This document shows, piece after piece, positions 38,763-49,512 of a DNA stretch of 64,000 bases. The position numbers and the translations under genes are program-made. Every line of letters begins with the position of its first letter. Within the stretch, counting starts at the first letter, position 1. The DNA is from an uncultured Chloroflexia bacterium (GTDB lineage Bacteria > Chloroflexota > Limnocylindria > Limnocylindrales > CSP1-4), in NCBI GenBank assembly GCA_963712745.1, contig CAVQJC010000006.1, positions 64,001 through 128,000 of the forward strand. Reading direction: 5' to 3'. The notes beneath the pieces were generated by a model. It was not told the DNA's origin. It saw only the letters and a list, made by a program, of their open reading frames with translations, and made no database searches.

Positions 38763-39080
38763 CTAGCGCCTGCGCGCCCTGTCGACGAGCCCCCTGATCG
38801 ACGGTGCCCGCCCGCGCCACACCTCCCAGCACCCGTAGACGGCGCCGAGCATGCCGACCACACCGATGATCCCGATGATCTCGCGACTCATCTGGTCGCC
38901 GATGTCCACGATGCCCAGGGCCAGGACCGCGCCCAGGACGAAGGCTGCGAGGTAGAAGGCGTAGCCCAGCCAGCGTGGCCTGCCCGGAGCCACGAAGAAG
39001 GTCACGCGTGCTGGGCCCGTGGACTTGCCCTCGGCATCGGTGAACTGCGGGCTCTGGAGATGCTCGACGATGCTGCTCAA
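38763..39080 (-). CDS. Small two-TM membrane protein
   Basis: Two hydrophobic helices; directly downstream of ltrA. Confidence 0.6.
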   Translation of the reverse strand: MSSIVEHLQSPQFTDAEGKSTGPARVTFFVAPGRPRWLGYAFYLAAFVLGAVLALGIVDIGDQMSREIIGIIGVVGMLGAVYGCWEVWRGRAPSIRGLVDRARRR

Positions 39081-39081
39081 T

Positions 39082-40245
39082 TCACTCGGTGTCCAACTGC
39101 GGGGTCATGATGATCTTGGCCCCCAGAAGGCCCACCACGACAGCGCCGGTCAGGAAGATCGGCTGCGGCGTGAGCGGTGTCAGCAGCACGAGCACGATGG
39201 CCACGGGGCTCAGCAGCAGCCGCAAGCGGGACATGGGTCGGGGCAGGTCATGGAGCACCCAGATGCCGGCCAGGTAGATGGCCACCGGTATGGCCACGGC
39301 AGCACCGGCCACGGCGAAGTCCGCGTGGGCATGGTCGGTGAGGACATCGACGCCCACGGCGATGCCGGCTCCGACCGCAGCCGCCGAGGCCCAGATGAAG
39401 TAATGCCCGTAGCCCCATTCGAAGGCCCGAGCGCGCGTGGTCAGCAGGTCGTCGCTCTTGCGCTCGAAGTAGAGCCACCACATGGCGAACACCAGCAACA
39501 GCGCGCCGACCGCGAGCGAGAGCAGCTCGAGGTCGGAGAAAGCGTCGTCCGCCACCGAGCTGAAGGCTCTGGCCCCCGCAAGCACGGATTCACCGAGCAC
39601 GATGATGGTCAGCAAGCCATAGCGCTCGACGACGTGCTCGGGGTGCCAGGGCGCAGCCTGTCCACGCCGGGCCCAGATGGGCACGGCCAGCTCCACCGCG
39701 AAGAGCACGAAGAAGGCGATGACGAAGAGGTCTTCCGGCAGCACCAGGAAGGCTCCGACCCAAAGGAGCTGAGCGATGGAGATGCCGACCGCCCAGCGCA
39801 AGTTCTGGCTGCGGCGGGGCGGATCCTGGTACGCGGCTCGGAGCCATTGGAGGACGAGAGGGATACGCATGACGATGTAGCCCAACAGGACCAGCGACCA
39901 GTCTCCACCGTCGAAGGCCCGCCCGATGCCGGCGGCCATGATGATGGCACCGGCCATCTGCACGAAGACCGCGATGCGATAAGGCACGTCATCGGTGTCG
40001 TAGCCCGTGGCGAACCAGGTGAAGCTCATCCAGGCCCACCACACGGCAGCGAAGGTCATCACGTAGCCGAGGACCGACTCGGGGATGTGGTCCTCGGCGA
40101 TACCGTGATGCAGCGAGGAGGCGGCCACGGCGATGGCCACCACGATGACCAGGTCGAAGAACAGCTCGAGTGGCGTGGCGGCACGGTTGGCCTCTTCGGG
40201 GTCCCGCCCACGCATGGGAACGATGAAGCGCTTGACCTCGCTCAT
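39082..40245 (-). CDS. ltrA: Low temperature requirement protein A family membrane protein
   Basis: TPLELFFDL, WWAW, ERYGLLTIIVLGES, WWLYF. Confidence 0.88.
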   Translation of the reverse strand: MSEVKRFIVPMRGRDPEEANRAATPLELFFDLVIVVAIAVAASSLHHGIAEDHIPESVLGYVMTFAAVWWAWMSFTWFATGYDTDDVPYRIAVFVQMAGAIIMAAGIGRAFDGGDWSLVLLGYIVMRIPLVLQWLRAAYQDPPRRSQNLRWAVGISIAQLLWVGAFLVLPEDLFVIAFFVLFAVELAVPIWARRGQAAPWHPEHVVERYGLLTIIVLGESVLAGARAFSSVADDAFSDLELLSLAVGALLLVFAMWWLYFERKSDDLLTTRARAFEWGYGHYFIWASAAAVGAGIAVGVDVLTDHAHADFAVAGAAVAIPVAIYLAGIWVLHDLPRPMSRLRLLLSPVAIVLVLLTPLTPQPIFLTGAVVVGLLGAKIIMTPQLDTE

Positions 40246-40360
40246 GGCCGGGAACGGTAGCAGGACCGCGAGCCGAGGCCATCAGGCGGTTCGACCGAAC
40301 CGAGCGCGAGCAGGGCGCGACGAGGGCGCCGGCCCGCTGCACCCGGCCTAGACTCGCGAT

Positions 40361-41020
40361 GTGACCACAGCTGAGGACCTCGCCACCATCGAGTACGAGA
40401 GTCGGCGCATCATCGCCTTGGGACGTGCCGCGCCCGAGGCTGTCGTACCGCAGTACCCCACATGGACGTTGCGCGACCTGGTCATCCACGTGGCCGCTGT
40501 CCACGGTCGCACGGCCGTCATCTGCCGCACGCTGCCGCAGGACCGCATTCCCACCCCAGCACTGCCCGCTGGGGCCGATCCGTTCGAGTGGGCTGAGGCG
40601 CAGGGCGGGGCCATGCTGGAGGGCCTGCGCACCGCAGATCCGGACCTCACGGTCTGGACCCTGGTGCCCGACAAGCGCCTGTCGTTCTGGGTGCGACGCA
40701 TGGTCATCGAGACCGGCGTCCATCGCTGGGACGCGCAGGGAGCGGCAGACGGCCCCGAACCGCTGCTCGAGAGCGTGGCCACGGGTGGCCTTGATGAGTT
40801 CCCCGACATGTATCTGCCGCGCCTGGGTGAGGTGCCCACCGTCGAGCTGGGCGCGACCGACCTCGGCCGCTCCTGGCGCTTCGGCCCCGGCGCGCCGGCG
40901 TTCCGTGTCGAAGGCACGGCCTCGGACCTCTTCCTGCGGCTTATGTCCCGCCCGGGTGCGCCCCTGCCCGCGGCCTGGGAGCAGGCTGTCGATGCCCTCG
41001 GCTCGCCGGCCGACCCGTAG
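40361..41020 (+). CDS. Mycothiol-dependent maleylpyruvate isomerase N-terminal family (DinB-like) protein
   Basis: VPQYPTWTLRDLVIH, FWVRRMVIETGVHRWDA, GLDE. Confidence 0.8.
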   Translation: MTTAEDLATIEYESRRIIALGRAAPEAVVPQYPTWTLRDLVIHVAAVHGRTAVICRTLPQDRIPTPALPAGADPFEWAEAQGGAMLEGLRTADPDLTVWTLVPDKRLSFWVRRMVIETGVHRWDAQGAADGPEPLLESVATGGLDEFPDMYLPRLGEVPTVELGATDLGRSWRFGPGAPAFRVEGTASDLFLRLMSRPGAPLPAAWEQAVDALGSPADP

Positions 41021-41347
41021 GCTGAAGGGCGGCCCCGATGCCGCCAGCTTCTGCGCTAAAAGGGCGCCGCGGTCAACCTCACCCGGGCCATGGCCATCGA
41101 CCATGGCCCGCAGGGCATCCGCGTCAACTGCATCTGTCCGGGCGACACCGATACGCCGATGCTGCGCTCGGAGGCTCGCCAGCTGGGGCTGGACGAGGCG
41201 ACCTTCCTGGAGGAGTCCGCGGACCGGCCGCTGCGCCGGTTGGGCACGGCCGCGGACATCGCTCGCGCTGTCCTCTACTTGGCTTCGGACGAATCGGCCT
41301 GGGTCACCGGCTCCACCCTGGTGGTCGATGGCGGCGGGCTGGCCTGA
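41021..41347 (+). pseudogene. 3' remnant of an SDR oxidoreductase
   Basis: KGAAVNLTRAMA, IRVNCICPG, VTGSTLVVDGG; Rossmann N-terminus missing; YxxxK degraded. Confidence 0.8.
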
Positions 41348-41377
41348 ATGGCCTGCCTGCCGGGGGTCGCTACGCTG

Positions 41378-42875
41378 TCAGCCCTCGGCCGGCACGAACC
41401 AGGTCTTGAGGCGTGCGTACGCGTCGGTGAAGCGTTCGCAGTCGGCCTGGGCACGGGCATGGCCTGCAACGTCGGGCTCGAAGACCGCGTCGATCTGCGA
41501 CAACTCGCGGGCGGCCGACCAGTCGTCGATAAGGCCCACGGCCATGGCACCGACCACGGCAGCACCGAGCGAGTTGGCCTCGTCCACGATGGTGCGCCGG
41601 CGTACGGGCACGCCCCAGGTGTCGGCCATGAGCTGCAGCCACACGTCGCTGCGGGCGCCACCACCGACGGCGTCGACCGCCTCGATCGGTCGGACCGTCT
41701 CGGCCAGCGCTCGAAACGTGCCGTACAGGTTGAACGCCACCCCTTCCAGCACGGCACGGGCCAGTTGCGGCGGCCCGTGATGACGAGCCAGACCGATGAA
41801 CGCGCCCCGCACGTTCGGAATCCCAGATAGGAGCGCGCTCGCCCATGAGGTACGGCAGGAAGAACAGGCCCTCCGTCGCAGCCTCGGCCTCGGCGGCCGC
41901 CGCGACGAGTGCCTCCACCTCGCCGCTCCGTCCCAGCGTGTCGCAAAGCCAGCCAAGGGCGGCGCCGGCGGCCTGCATCGCGCCGAGCGGCACGTAGTAG
42001 CCGGGGATGACATGATCGAACGTGACCAGCCGCAGTCTCGGATCGCGGACCGGCGAGTCGGCGGCCAGCTCGATCCAGGCCGAAGTGCCGATGGGCGCCA
42101 CTGCCACGGCATCCGTGCTCACCAGGCCAACGCCCAGTGCCGACGTGCATCCATCAGCACCGCCGACCACGACCGGCGTGCCCTCACGAAGCCCGGAGAG
42201 GCCGGCCGCGTCCTTCGTGATCCCACCGGCGATCGAAGCCGAGGGCAGGATCTCGGGCAGCAGGTCTCGCTCGATGCCGGCGACAGACAGCATCTCGTCG
42301 GACCACTCTCCGGCGAGTTGGTCGTAGGCGTTGGTGCCTGACGCATCGGAGGGATCGATACAGCGCCTGCCGGTGAGGCGGAGCGTGACGTAGTCCTTGG
42401 CCAGCAGCACGCCGGAGGTCCTGGCCCAGGCATCGGGATGGTGATCGCGCAGCCACATGATCTTGGGCAGGCTGCAGGTGGCATCGATGTGATGGCCCAG
42501 CATGCGGTATCCGCGTTCGTAGCCGACGGCATCAGCCAGCAGCCGCGTCTGCTCCTTGGCCCGCGTGTCGGCCCAGATGACCGCCGGACGCACCGCCTGG
42601 CCGTCGGCATCGATGAGCACCGCGCCCATCATCTGACCGGACATGACCACACAAGCGACCTCTTCCGGCCGAGCGCCACTCTCTGCCAGGAGCGCCCGCG
42701 TCGCTGAACAGAAGGCGGCCCACCAGTCGGCCGGCTCTTGCTCAGCCTTGCCGCCGGGACCGAAGTCAGTGGCGTAGTGAGCCGTGTGCGAGGCCAGCAT
42801 TCGCCCATGTGCGTCGTGCAGCGACGCCTTGTCCCCGCTGGTGCCCAGGTCGTGCGCGACGATGAGCTGCCTCAT
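41378..42875 (-). CDS. xylB: Xylulokinase (one frameshift near 41819)
   Basis: HDLGTSGDK, SGQM, WADTR, FLPYLMGERAP, GGGARS; C-terminus in a second frame. Confidence 0.8.
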
Positions 42876-42972
42876 CGCGCCGGGTCATCGCCGCCTGGAT
42901 CGGCCTGCGCATCTGCCATTCCGGCACTGTAGCGCGGCTGCCCGAGGGCCATGATGCGCGATACTCGGTGAC

Positions 42973-43884
42973 ATGGCCGAGCAGAGCTTTCGGTCGCGTG
43001 GCCCGATCGCCCGAGGCAACACCTCCGAGATCTGGCCGTGGACGAAAGGGACCGTGGTCAAGGTGCTGCGCCCCGACATCCCGCGGCATTGGGCCTCGAT
43101 CGAGGCGGACATCCTGTGGCGTGTGCATGGGGCCGGCCTGCCGGTCCCGGCTACCGACGGCGTCGTGGAGATCGAAGGGCGACCCGGGATCGTCCTCGAG
43201 CGCATCGCCGGTGACACGATGTGGGAGCGGATGAAGGCCGAGCCGGACAGACTCCCCGCACTGGTTGATGCGCTCGTGGACCTGCAATCACAGGTCCAGG
43301 GCACGTCCGTCGAAGGCCTGCCGGACCTGGACCGACGTCTGGCCAGCAAGATCGACGAGGCAGTCCAGGTGTCGGCTCGCGACCGGCGACGGGTGCAGTC
43401 GATGCTGGCGGACTTGCCGGCGGGCGCGGCACTCTGCCACGGGGACTTTCACCCGGCCAACATCGTGATGGCCGACCGCGGGGTGGTGATCCTCGACTGG
43501 TTCGACGCGGCCACGGGCCATCCGGACGCCGACCTTGTCCGCAGCTCGCTGCTGATGCGTCCGCCGTGGAGCGAGAGCGCGTGGCCGGCGCACCTGGGCG
43601 GCACCACGCGGTCGTTTCTCGAATCGCTCCACGATCGATACCTCACGACACTGCTTCGACGCGGTCACGTCGACCCGGGATCGTTCGCAGGCTGGGAAGT
43701 CGTCCTGGCGGTGGCGCGCATGTCCGAGCCGGTCCCACACGATGACCTGGTCGGTCTCTGGCGGCGCTGGCAGGAGGATGGCCCGGCTGCCGCCGAGACG
43801 ATGATCGCCGCCTGCCTGGCCAGAGTGGCCGAGCACGAGGGGACGAGCCAGGGGGCACGTGAGCCGGACGCGCGGCCCGGCTAG
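42973..43884 (+). CDS. APH/choline-kinase-like phosphotransferase family protein
   Basis: VVK, CHGDFHPANI, LDW. Confidence 0.85.
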   Translation: MAEQSFRSRGPIARGNTSEIWPWTKGTVVKVLRPDIPRHWASIEADILWRVHGAGLPVPATDGVVEIEGRPGIVLERIAGDTMWERMKAEPDRLPALVDALVDLQSQVQGTSVEGLPDLDRRLASKIDEAVQVSARDRRRVQSMLADLPAGAALCHGDFHPANIVMADRGVVILDWFDAATGHPDADLVRSSLLMRPPWSESAWPAHLGGTTRSFLESLHDRYLTTLLRRGHVDPGSFAGWEVVLAVARMSEPVPHDDLVGLWRRWQEDGPAAAETMIAACLARVAEHEGTSQGAREPDARPG

Positions 43885-44687
43885 GCCACGAGGCGACGGA
43901 GTTCGTCGTGGATGGCCGGACTGGAGGCCACCATCAGACGGCCGTTCTCGTCGGCGGGACGATGCATCGAGGCGCCGGCCTCGGCCGCGATGAGCTCGCC
44001 GGCGGCATAGTCCCAGTACTGCATGTCCCGCTGGTAGAAGCCGTCGAGCCGGCCGCAGCCGACCCAACACAGGTTCAACGCAGCCGATCCGAAGCAGCGG
44101 ATGTCCCGCGCAGCCGGCAGCACCCGGGCGAGATAGGCGGCCTCGCGGGCACGACCCTCCGAGGTATAGGCGAAGCCGGTTCCGACCAGCGAGTTGGAAA
44201 GCTCGGCCACCGAGGAGACGGTGACGGGCCGTCCGTCGAGCCGGGCTCCAGCGCCCTTGGCCGCGCTGAAGACATCGCCTCGGAGCACGTCGATGACCGC
44301 GCCCGCGACTGTCTCATCGCCGATGGTGGCTGCGACCGAGACACTCATGATCGAAAGGTCGTAGGTGAGGTTGACCGTCCCGTCGATGGGATCGATGACC
44401 CAGCCGACACCCGAGATGCCACTGACCGCGCCGACCTCCTCGCCCAGTACCGAAGCATCGGGCGTGCGCCGGGCGAGGACGGCCCGGATGGCCTCCTCGG
44501 AGGCGATGTCAAGGGAGGTCACCGGGTCGGTCGGGGTCGACTTGGTCGAGATCGTGCCCAGCTCACCGGCTGCAGAGCGGACCACGCGAGCGCCCGCGGC
44601 CGCGGCCTCGATGGCGATGGCTTCGAGGTCGCGGGGCGTCGGGACCGGGTCCACGGCCCGACGGCCGACCGCCTCGGCTTCAGACAC
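43881..44687 (-). CDS. Inositol monophosphatase family protein
   Basis: GEE, WVIDPIDGT, GSAAL, WDYAAG. Confidence 0.92.
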   Translation of the reverse strand: MSEAEAVGRRAVDPVPTPRDLEAIAIEAAAAGARVVRSAAGELGTISTKSTPTDPVTSLDIASEEAIRAVLARRTPDASVLGEEVGAVSGISGVGWVIDPIDGTVNLTYDLSIMSVSVAATIGDETVAGAVIDVLRGDVFSAAKGAGARLDGRPVTVSSVAELSNSLVGTGFAYTSEGRAREAAYLARVLPAARDIRCFGSAALNLCWVGCGRLDGFYQRDMQYWDYAAGELIAAEAGASMHRPADENGRLMVASSPAIHDELRRLVA

Positions 44688-45492
44688 GGACGACCTCCAG
44701 ACCCTGCTCCTCGAGCAGCGCGGCCGTGACGTCGTCCATGCCGGTGTCGGTGTAGATGATGTCGACCTCGTCGATGTCGGCGAAACGAAACAGCTGCTCG
44801 CTGCCTACCTTGGAGTGATCGAACATCATCACCACGCGCCGGGCCGCCGCCATCATCGCCTGCTTGATGGCCACCTCCTCGCGGTAGGGGGTGGTGAAGC
44901 CTCGCTCCGGGGACATCCCGTCGCAGCCGATGAAGGCAACGTCGACGGTCATGTCGCGCAGCGTCTCCACCCCGGTTTCGTCGACGAAGGCCAGTGTCCG
45001 CCGGCGCAGCGCACCGCCGAGCACGATCACGTGCGGGCGCTCGGTGGTCGCAAGTGAACGGATGATGGGGACGTGGTTGGTGATGACCGTGAGGTCGCGC
45101 TCGCGGTCGAGGACATCGGCCAGCTGGAGCGCAGTGCTGCCCGAGTCGATGATGAGCGAGCCGTGCGCCGGGATCTCGGCGGCTGCGGCATGGGCGATTC
45201 GCCGTTTCTCTGCCACGTTGTGGCTCTCGCGAACCTCCAGACGCGGCACGATGACCGAGCCACGCCACGGCACCGCCCCGCCGTGGACGCGTCGACCAAG
45301 CGCTCGCGCTGGAGCTCGGTGAGGTCTCGGCGGATGGTCTCGCCGGTGACCTCGAACTCCTCGGCCAGCTCGCCCACGTCGACGCGTCCACGCTCCAGGA
45401 CGAGCTTCATGATCTGCGCGCGCCGCTCTCCTCCGGAACAGCGGGCCTGCTGGCGCGCGGTCACGATTCGCGGGGGCGTCAGCCTGATCCAT
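44680..45492 (-). CDS. DeoR/GlpR transcriptional regulator (compensating frameshifts near 45437 and 45290)
   Basis: ERRAQI...ETIRRDL HTH in one frame; RVHGGA, DSGST, DHSK in another. Confidence 0.8.
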   Translation of the reverse strand: MDQADAPANRDRAPAGPLFRRRAARADHEARPGAWTRRRGRAGRGVRGHRRDHPPRPHRAPARALGRRVHGGAVPWRGSVIVPRLEVRESHNVAEKRRIAHAAAAEIPAHGSLIIDSGSTALQLADVLDRERDLTVITNHVPIIRSLATTERPHVIVLGGALRRRTLAFVDETGVETLRDMTVDVAFIGCDGMSPERGFTTPYREEVAIKQAMMAAARRVVMMFDHSKVGSEQLFRFADIDEVDIIYTDTGMDDVTAALLEEQGLEVVRV

Positions 45493-46976
45493 CAACTCAC
45501 TCCGTTCAGCCACCTCTCGAGCGTACGGTACGTGCCGTACTCACGGATCGAGGTCAACGCGTCAGTGAAGGCGGAAACGAACCGCGGATCGGCCGGAAGG
45601 CGCGGACCGAAGACATCGCTGAAGCGAAGGAGTGCCGCCGGTTCCGAGACCGACGCGCGGGCGTATTCCTGCGCCTCATCCAGGCGCGGGTCAGGCGAGA
45701 TGCTGATGTCGCGCCCCTCGTCGTCCACCCCCAGCAGGTACTGGCACCAGCCCGCGAGCGCCAGGGCGGAGAGCTTGACCTGGCCGCCCGTCTCCAGCTG
45801 CGACTCGATGGTCGGCACCAGGAACTTGGGCCACTTGGAGGTGCCATCGAGACAGACGCGCGCGACCTGGTCGCGGACCTCCGGGTTGGCGAAGCGCTCG
45901 GCCACGACCCGCTTGTAGTCGGTCACGTCGATGCCGGCCACCGGCGGCAACGAAGGCGTGGCCTCATCGTCGTGGAACTGCTGCAGGTACCGGGCCAGCG
46001 GCGGGTCGGCCATGATCTCGTGGATGTAGGTGTGCCCGACCAGCGCGGCCATGTAGGTGAGCGTCGAGTGGCCCGCGTTGAGGATGCGCAGCTTGAGCGT
46101 CTCGTAGGGCCGGACGTCGCCGGTCAGTCAGCACGCCGACGTCCTCGTAGGGCGGCCGGCCATAGGGGAACTCGTCCTCGATGACCCACTGGATGAAGGT
46201 CTCGGCCACGACCGGCCAGCGGTCGACCAGGCCGTACTCCTCCGCGAGGAAGGCGCGATCGGCGTCGGCCGTCTGCGGCGTGATGCGGTCGACCATGCTG
46301 TTGGGGAAGGCGACGTTGTCGGCCGACCCAGCGTTCGAGGCCGGGCTCGACCATGGCGCAGACGCCGAGCGTGGCCGTCCGTGCCACGTCGCCGTTGCCC
46401 ATGACGTTGTCGCAGCTCTGCACGGTCAGGCCACCGAGGCCCGCGTCGCGCCGTCGCTGGAAGGCGCGTGCCAGCGACTCGAACGCGGGCGGCAGCGCGT
46501 CGGCCGGCGGCGCCAGGAACTCGCCGCTGCTCTCGTCGACGGGGTAGCCGCCCTCGGTGATGGTCATCGACACGATGCGCGTGTCCGGGCTGGCGATGCG
46601 CGCCACCAGCGGCTCGATGTCGTCGGCGGCAAGCACGTAGTCGGTGATGGAGCCGATGACGCGCACGTTCGTGGCGTGCACGTCGCGGGTCACCAGCGCG
46701 TAGAGGTAGTCCTGGGCAGCGAGAGCGTCGGCCATCGCCGCGTCCGCCGGACAGGACGCCGGCGCCGGTGATCGACCAGTCGGTCACGCCCGCGCCACAG
46801 ACGTCGTCGAGGTAGACCGCCTGGTGGGCGCGGTGGAAGCCGCCCACGCCGATGTGGACGATGCCACCACCGAGCGCGCTGCGGTCGTAGGCGGGGATCG
46901 AGATGCGTGGATCGAGCCGGCCGAGGTTCTCCGCGGAGAGCTCGATACGGCGCCGGCGGCCGTCGTCAGCAGTCAT
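45492..46976 (-). CDS. Mannitol dehydrogenase family protein (frameshifts near 46745, 46325, 46130)
   Basis: IVHIGVGGFHRAHQA, MTITEGGY, SCDN, MVDRITP, QWVIED, RFANP across four ORF pieces. Confidence 0.85.
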
Positions 46977-46983
46977 GCGCGCA

Positions 46984-47072
46984 AGCCTACTCCAACATGA
47001 ACGCAGATGGAAGACCCCAATAGTGACTGTGGATATCTACTTGCGCTGATCCCACATGAAACCAACTAGGAT
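46984..47072. promoter_or_regulatory. Divergent promoter region with candidate DeoR-type boxes
   Basis: CCAACATGAA (46992) and CCCACATGAA (47051), each next to a -10-like box (TAGGCT minus, TAGGAT plus). Confidence 0.4.
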
Positions 47073-47145
47073 GACGCCTGAGCGTGCCTCAGTCACGCTC
47101 AGGAGGAGCGGTTCCCAACCGTCCAAGAAGGAGGTATCAGGCCTG

Positions 47146-48519
47146 ATGTGGTCAAGCAGACAAGCTGACCAAGGCTGGTGTCGGCGCCATGGCCACCGCC
47201 TTGGTCGCATCGACGGCCTTCGCTGGAGCAGCCGTCGCCCAGGACGAGAGTCCATCAACGTCGCCATCGTGGGCAACCCCCAGATGGAGGACATCGCCAC
47301 CCTCACGCCGGAGCTGTTCACGGCCGAGACCGGCATCAACGTCAACTACGTGATCCTCGAGGAGCAGACGCTGCGCGAGATCGTCACCCGTGACGTGGGC
47401 GCCGGTGGCCAGCAGTTCGACGTCGTCATGATCGGCATGTTCGAGGCCCCGCAGTTCGGCCGCAACGGCTGGCTCGTCGACCTCAACGAGTACGCCGCTG
47501 ATGACGCCGACTACATGGTCGACGACATCATCCCCGCGGTGCGGGACGGCCTGTCCTACGAGGGCGGCCTCTACGCCGCGCCGTTCTACGCGGAGTCGTC
47601 CTTCGTGATGTATCGCAAGGACGTCCTCGACGAGGCCGGCATCACGATGCCCGACGCGCCGACCTGGGACGAGGTCGCGGACATCGCCCGTCAGGTCGAC
47701 TCGGACGAGATGGCCGGCATCTGCCTGCGCGGCAAGCCCGGCTGGGGCGATCTCGGCGCCATCTTCACCACGGTGATCAACACCTTCGGTGCCACCTGGT
47801 GGCTGGCCGGTGAGAACGACACCATCGGTGCTGCCCAGGTCGATCAGCCCGAGTTCAGGGAAGCGCTCCAGTTCTACGTCGATCTGCTCCAGGACGCCGG
47901 CGAGGACGACGCCTCCAACGCCAGCTACAACGAGTGCACCAACCAGATGCAGGATGGCAAGGTGGCCATGTGGGTCGACGCCACGGTCGCCGCGAGCAAC
48001 CTCGAGGCCGACGACAGCCCCATCAAGGGCAAGCTCGGCTACGCGCTCTCCCCGACCAAGGTGACCGACGCCTCCGGCTGGCTGTGGGCCTGGGCCCTCG
48101 CCATCCCCGAGAACGCGCCTGACAAGGACACCGCCTGGGAGTACGTCAGCTGGGCGACCGGTCCTGAGTACCTGGTCCGAGGCGGGCGAGAACCTGCGCC
48201 GGTGGCTGGGCGACCGTGCCCCCGGGCACGCGCGTGTCGCTCTACGAGAACCCCAACTACCAGGAAGCCGCGGCAGCCTTCGCGGACATCACCCTCGAGG
48301 CCATGCAGGCGGCGCCGATCGACAACCCCGGCGTCCAGCCACGCCCGGGCCTGCCCGGCGTCCAGTTCGTCGGTGTGCCCCAGTTCCAGGACGTCGGCAC
48401 GCGGTGCACGCGAGCAGTTCTCCAGCGCCATCGCCGGCAACATCTCGGTCGATGACGCCCTGGCAGCCTGCCAGGCCATCGCTTCCGAGGTGGAGGGCGA
48501 GTCCTGGGTAGGGCACTAG
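47146..48519 (+). CDS. Sugar/polyol ABC transporter substrate-binding protein (SmoE-like; several frameshifts)
   Basis: Signal peptide ending AVAQ in an alternate frame; APFYAESS, GICLRGKPGWG, MWVDAT, GWLWAW, GVQFVG. Confidence 0.85.
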   Translation: MWSSRQADQGWCRRHGHRLGRIDGLRWSSRRPGRESINVAIVGNPQMEDIATLTPELFTAETGINVNYVILEEQTLREIVTRDVGAGGQQFDVVMIGMFEAPQFGRNGWLVDLNEYAADDADYMVDDIIPAVRDGLSYEGGLYAAPFYAESSFVMYRKDVLDEAGITMPDAPTWDEVADIARQVDSDEMAGICLRGKPGWGDLGAIFTTVINTFGATWWLAGENDTIGAAQVDQPEFREALQFYVDLLQDAGEDDASNASYNECTNQMQDGKVAMWVDATVAASNLEADDSPIKGKLGYALSPTKVTDASGWLWAWALAIPENAPDKDTAWEYVSWATGPEYLVRGGREPAPVAGRPCPRARACRSTRTPTTRKPRQPSRTSPSRPCRRRRSTTPASSHARACPASSSSVCPSSRTSARGAREQFSSAIAGNISVDDALAACQAIASEVEGESWVGH

Positions 48520-48561
48520 CCTTGCACTAGTCGAGTTGGTAGGGCAGAGGGAGCAGCCGCA

Positions 48562-49512
48562 GTGACCGCGCACGACCGAACCGACGGGGAGCTCCGGATC
48601 CGGCGCCGAGCGCGCCGCCGCGATCGCGGAGTTCCAGCGTCGGGACAAGTGGCGGCGGCGGCTGCCCCTCCTGCCCGCCCTGCTGTTCACCATCGTGGTG
48701 ACGCAGATTCCCTTCATCTTCAACATCTGGTTCAGCCTGCAGGACTGGACGATCGTCCCGCCCCGGGGCCCCGACTTCACCGGGCTCGAGAACTACACCG
48801 AGGGCTACACCAACCAGTTCTTCCTCGACAGCGGTCGGCGATCTCCATCACCATGACGACGGCGGCCGTGCTGCTGTCGCTGCTGGTGGGCACCGCACTC
48901 GCGCTGCTGCTGGACCGCCAGTTCTTCGGCCGGGGCATCGCGCGAACGCTGCTCATCACGCCGTTCCTGATCATGCCGGTAGTGGCGGGCCTGCTTTGGA
49001 AGAACCAGATCTTCAGCTCTACATTCGGCGTCCTCAACGCGGTCATCGAAACCCTCGGCTTCGACGCCGTCCCCTTCGTCGAGCGCTACCCGTTCTGGGC
49101 CATCGTCACCGTGCTGGTATGGCAGTGGTCGCCGTTCATGATGCTCATCATCCTGGCCGGCCTCCAGGGCCAGCCGACTGACATCCTCGAGGCTGCGCGC
49201 GTCGACCGCGCCAGCGGCCGTGGCATCTTCACCCAGATCACGCTGCCCATGCTCCGGCCGTACATGGAGCTGGGCATCGTACTCGGCGCCATCTACCTGC
49301 TGCAGGTATTCGACCAGATCGACGTCATGACCGGCGGCGGTCCGGGCTCGACCAACGTGCCCTACTTCGTCTACCAGCGCTCCATCGGCGGTGGCTGGGA
49401 CTTCGGCCAGGCAGCGGCGTACTCGACCATCGTGGTCATCGCCTCGATCATCATCGCCACGTTCGCGTTGCGCGTGCTTTCCAGCCTCTTCCAGCGCCAG
49501 GAGCCGGTATGA
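48562..49512 (+). CDS. Sugar ABC permease (frameshifts near 48570 and 48833)
   Basis: ITPFLIMPV, WQWSPF, EAARVD, TGGGPG. Confidence 0.85.
   Translation: MTAHDRTDGELRIRRRARRRDRGVPASGQVAAAAAPPARPAVHHRGDADSLHLQHLVQPAGLDDRPAPGPRLHRARELHRGLHQPVLPRQRSAISITMTTAAVLLSLLVGTALALLLDRQFFGRGIARTLLITPFLIMPVVAGLLWKNQIFSSTFGVLNAVIETLGFDAVPFVERYPFWAIVTVLVWQWSPFMMLIILAGLQGQPTDILEAARVDRASGRGIFTQITLPMLRPYMELGIVLGAIYLLQVFDQIDVMTGGGPGSTNVPYFVYQRSIGGGWDFGQAAAYSTIVVIASIIIATFALRVLSSLFQRQEPV

Noticed and set aside
42973-43884. Aminoglycoside resistance gene
   Set aside because: Only generic APH-family kinase motifs, in a chromosomal metabolic context with no mobile element.
45280-48850. Programmed ribosomal frameshifting
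   Set aside because: Shifts are numerous, irregular and not at slippery heptamers; sequencing error is simpler.
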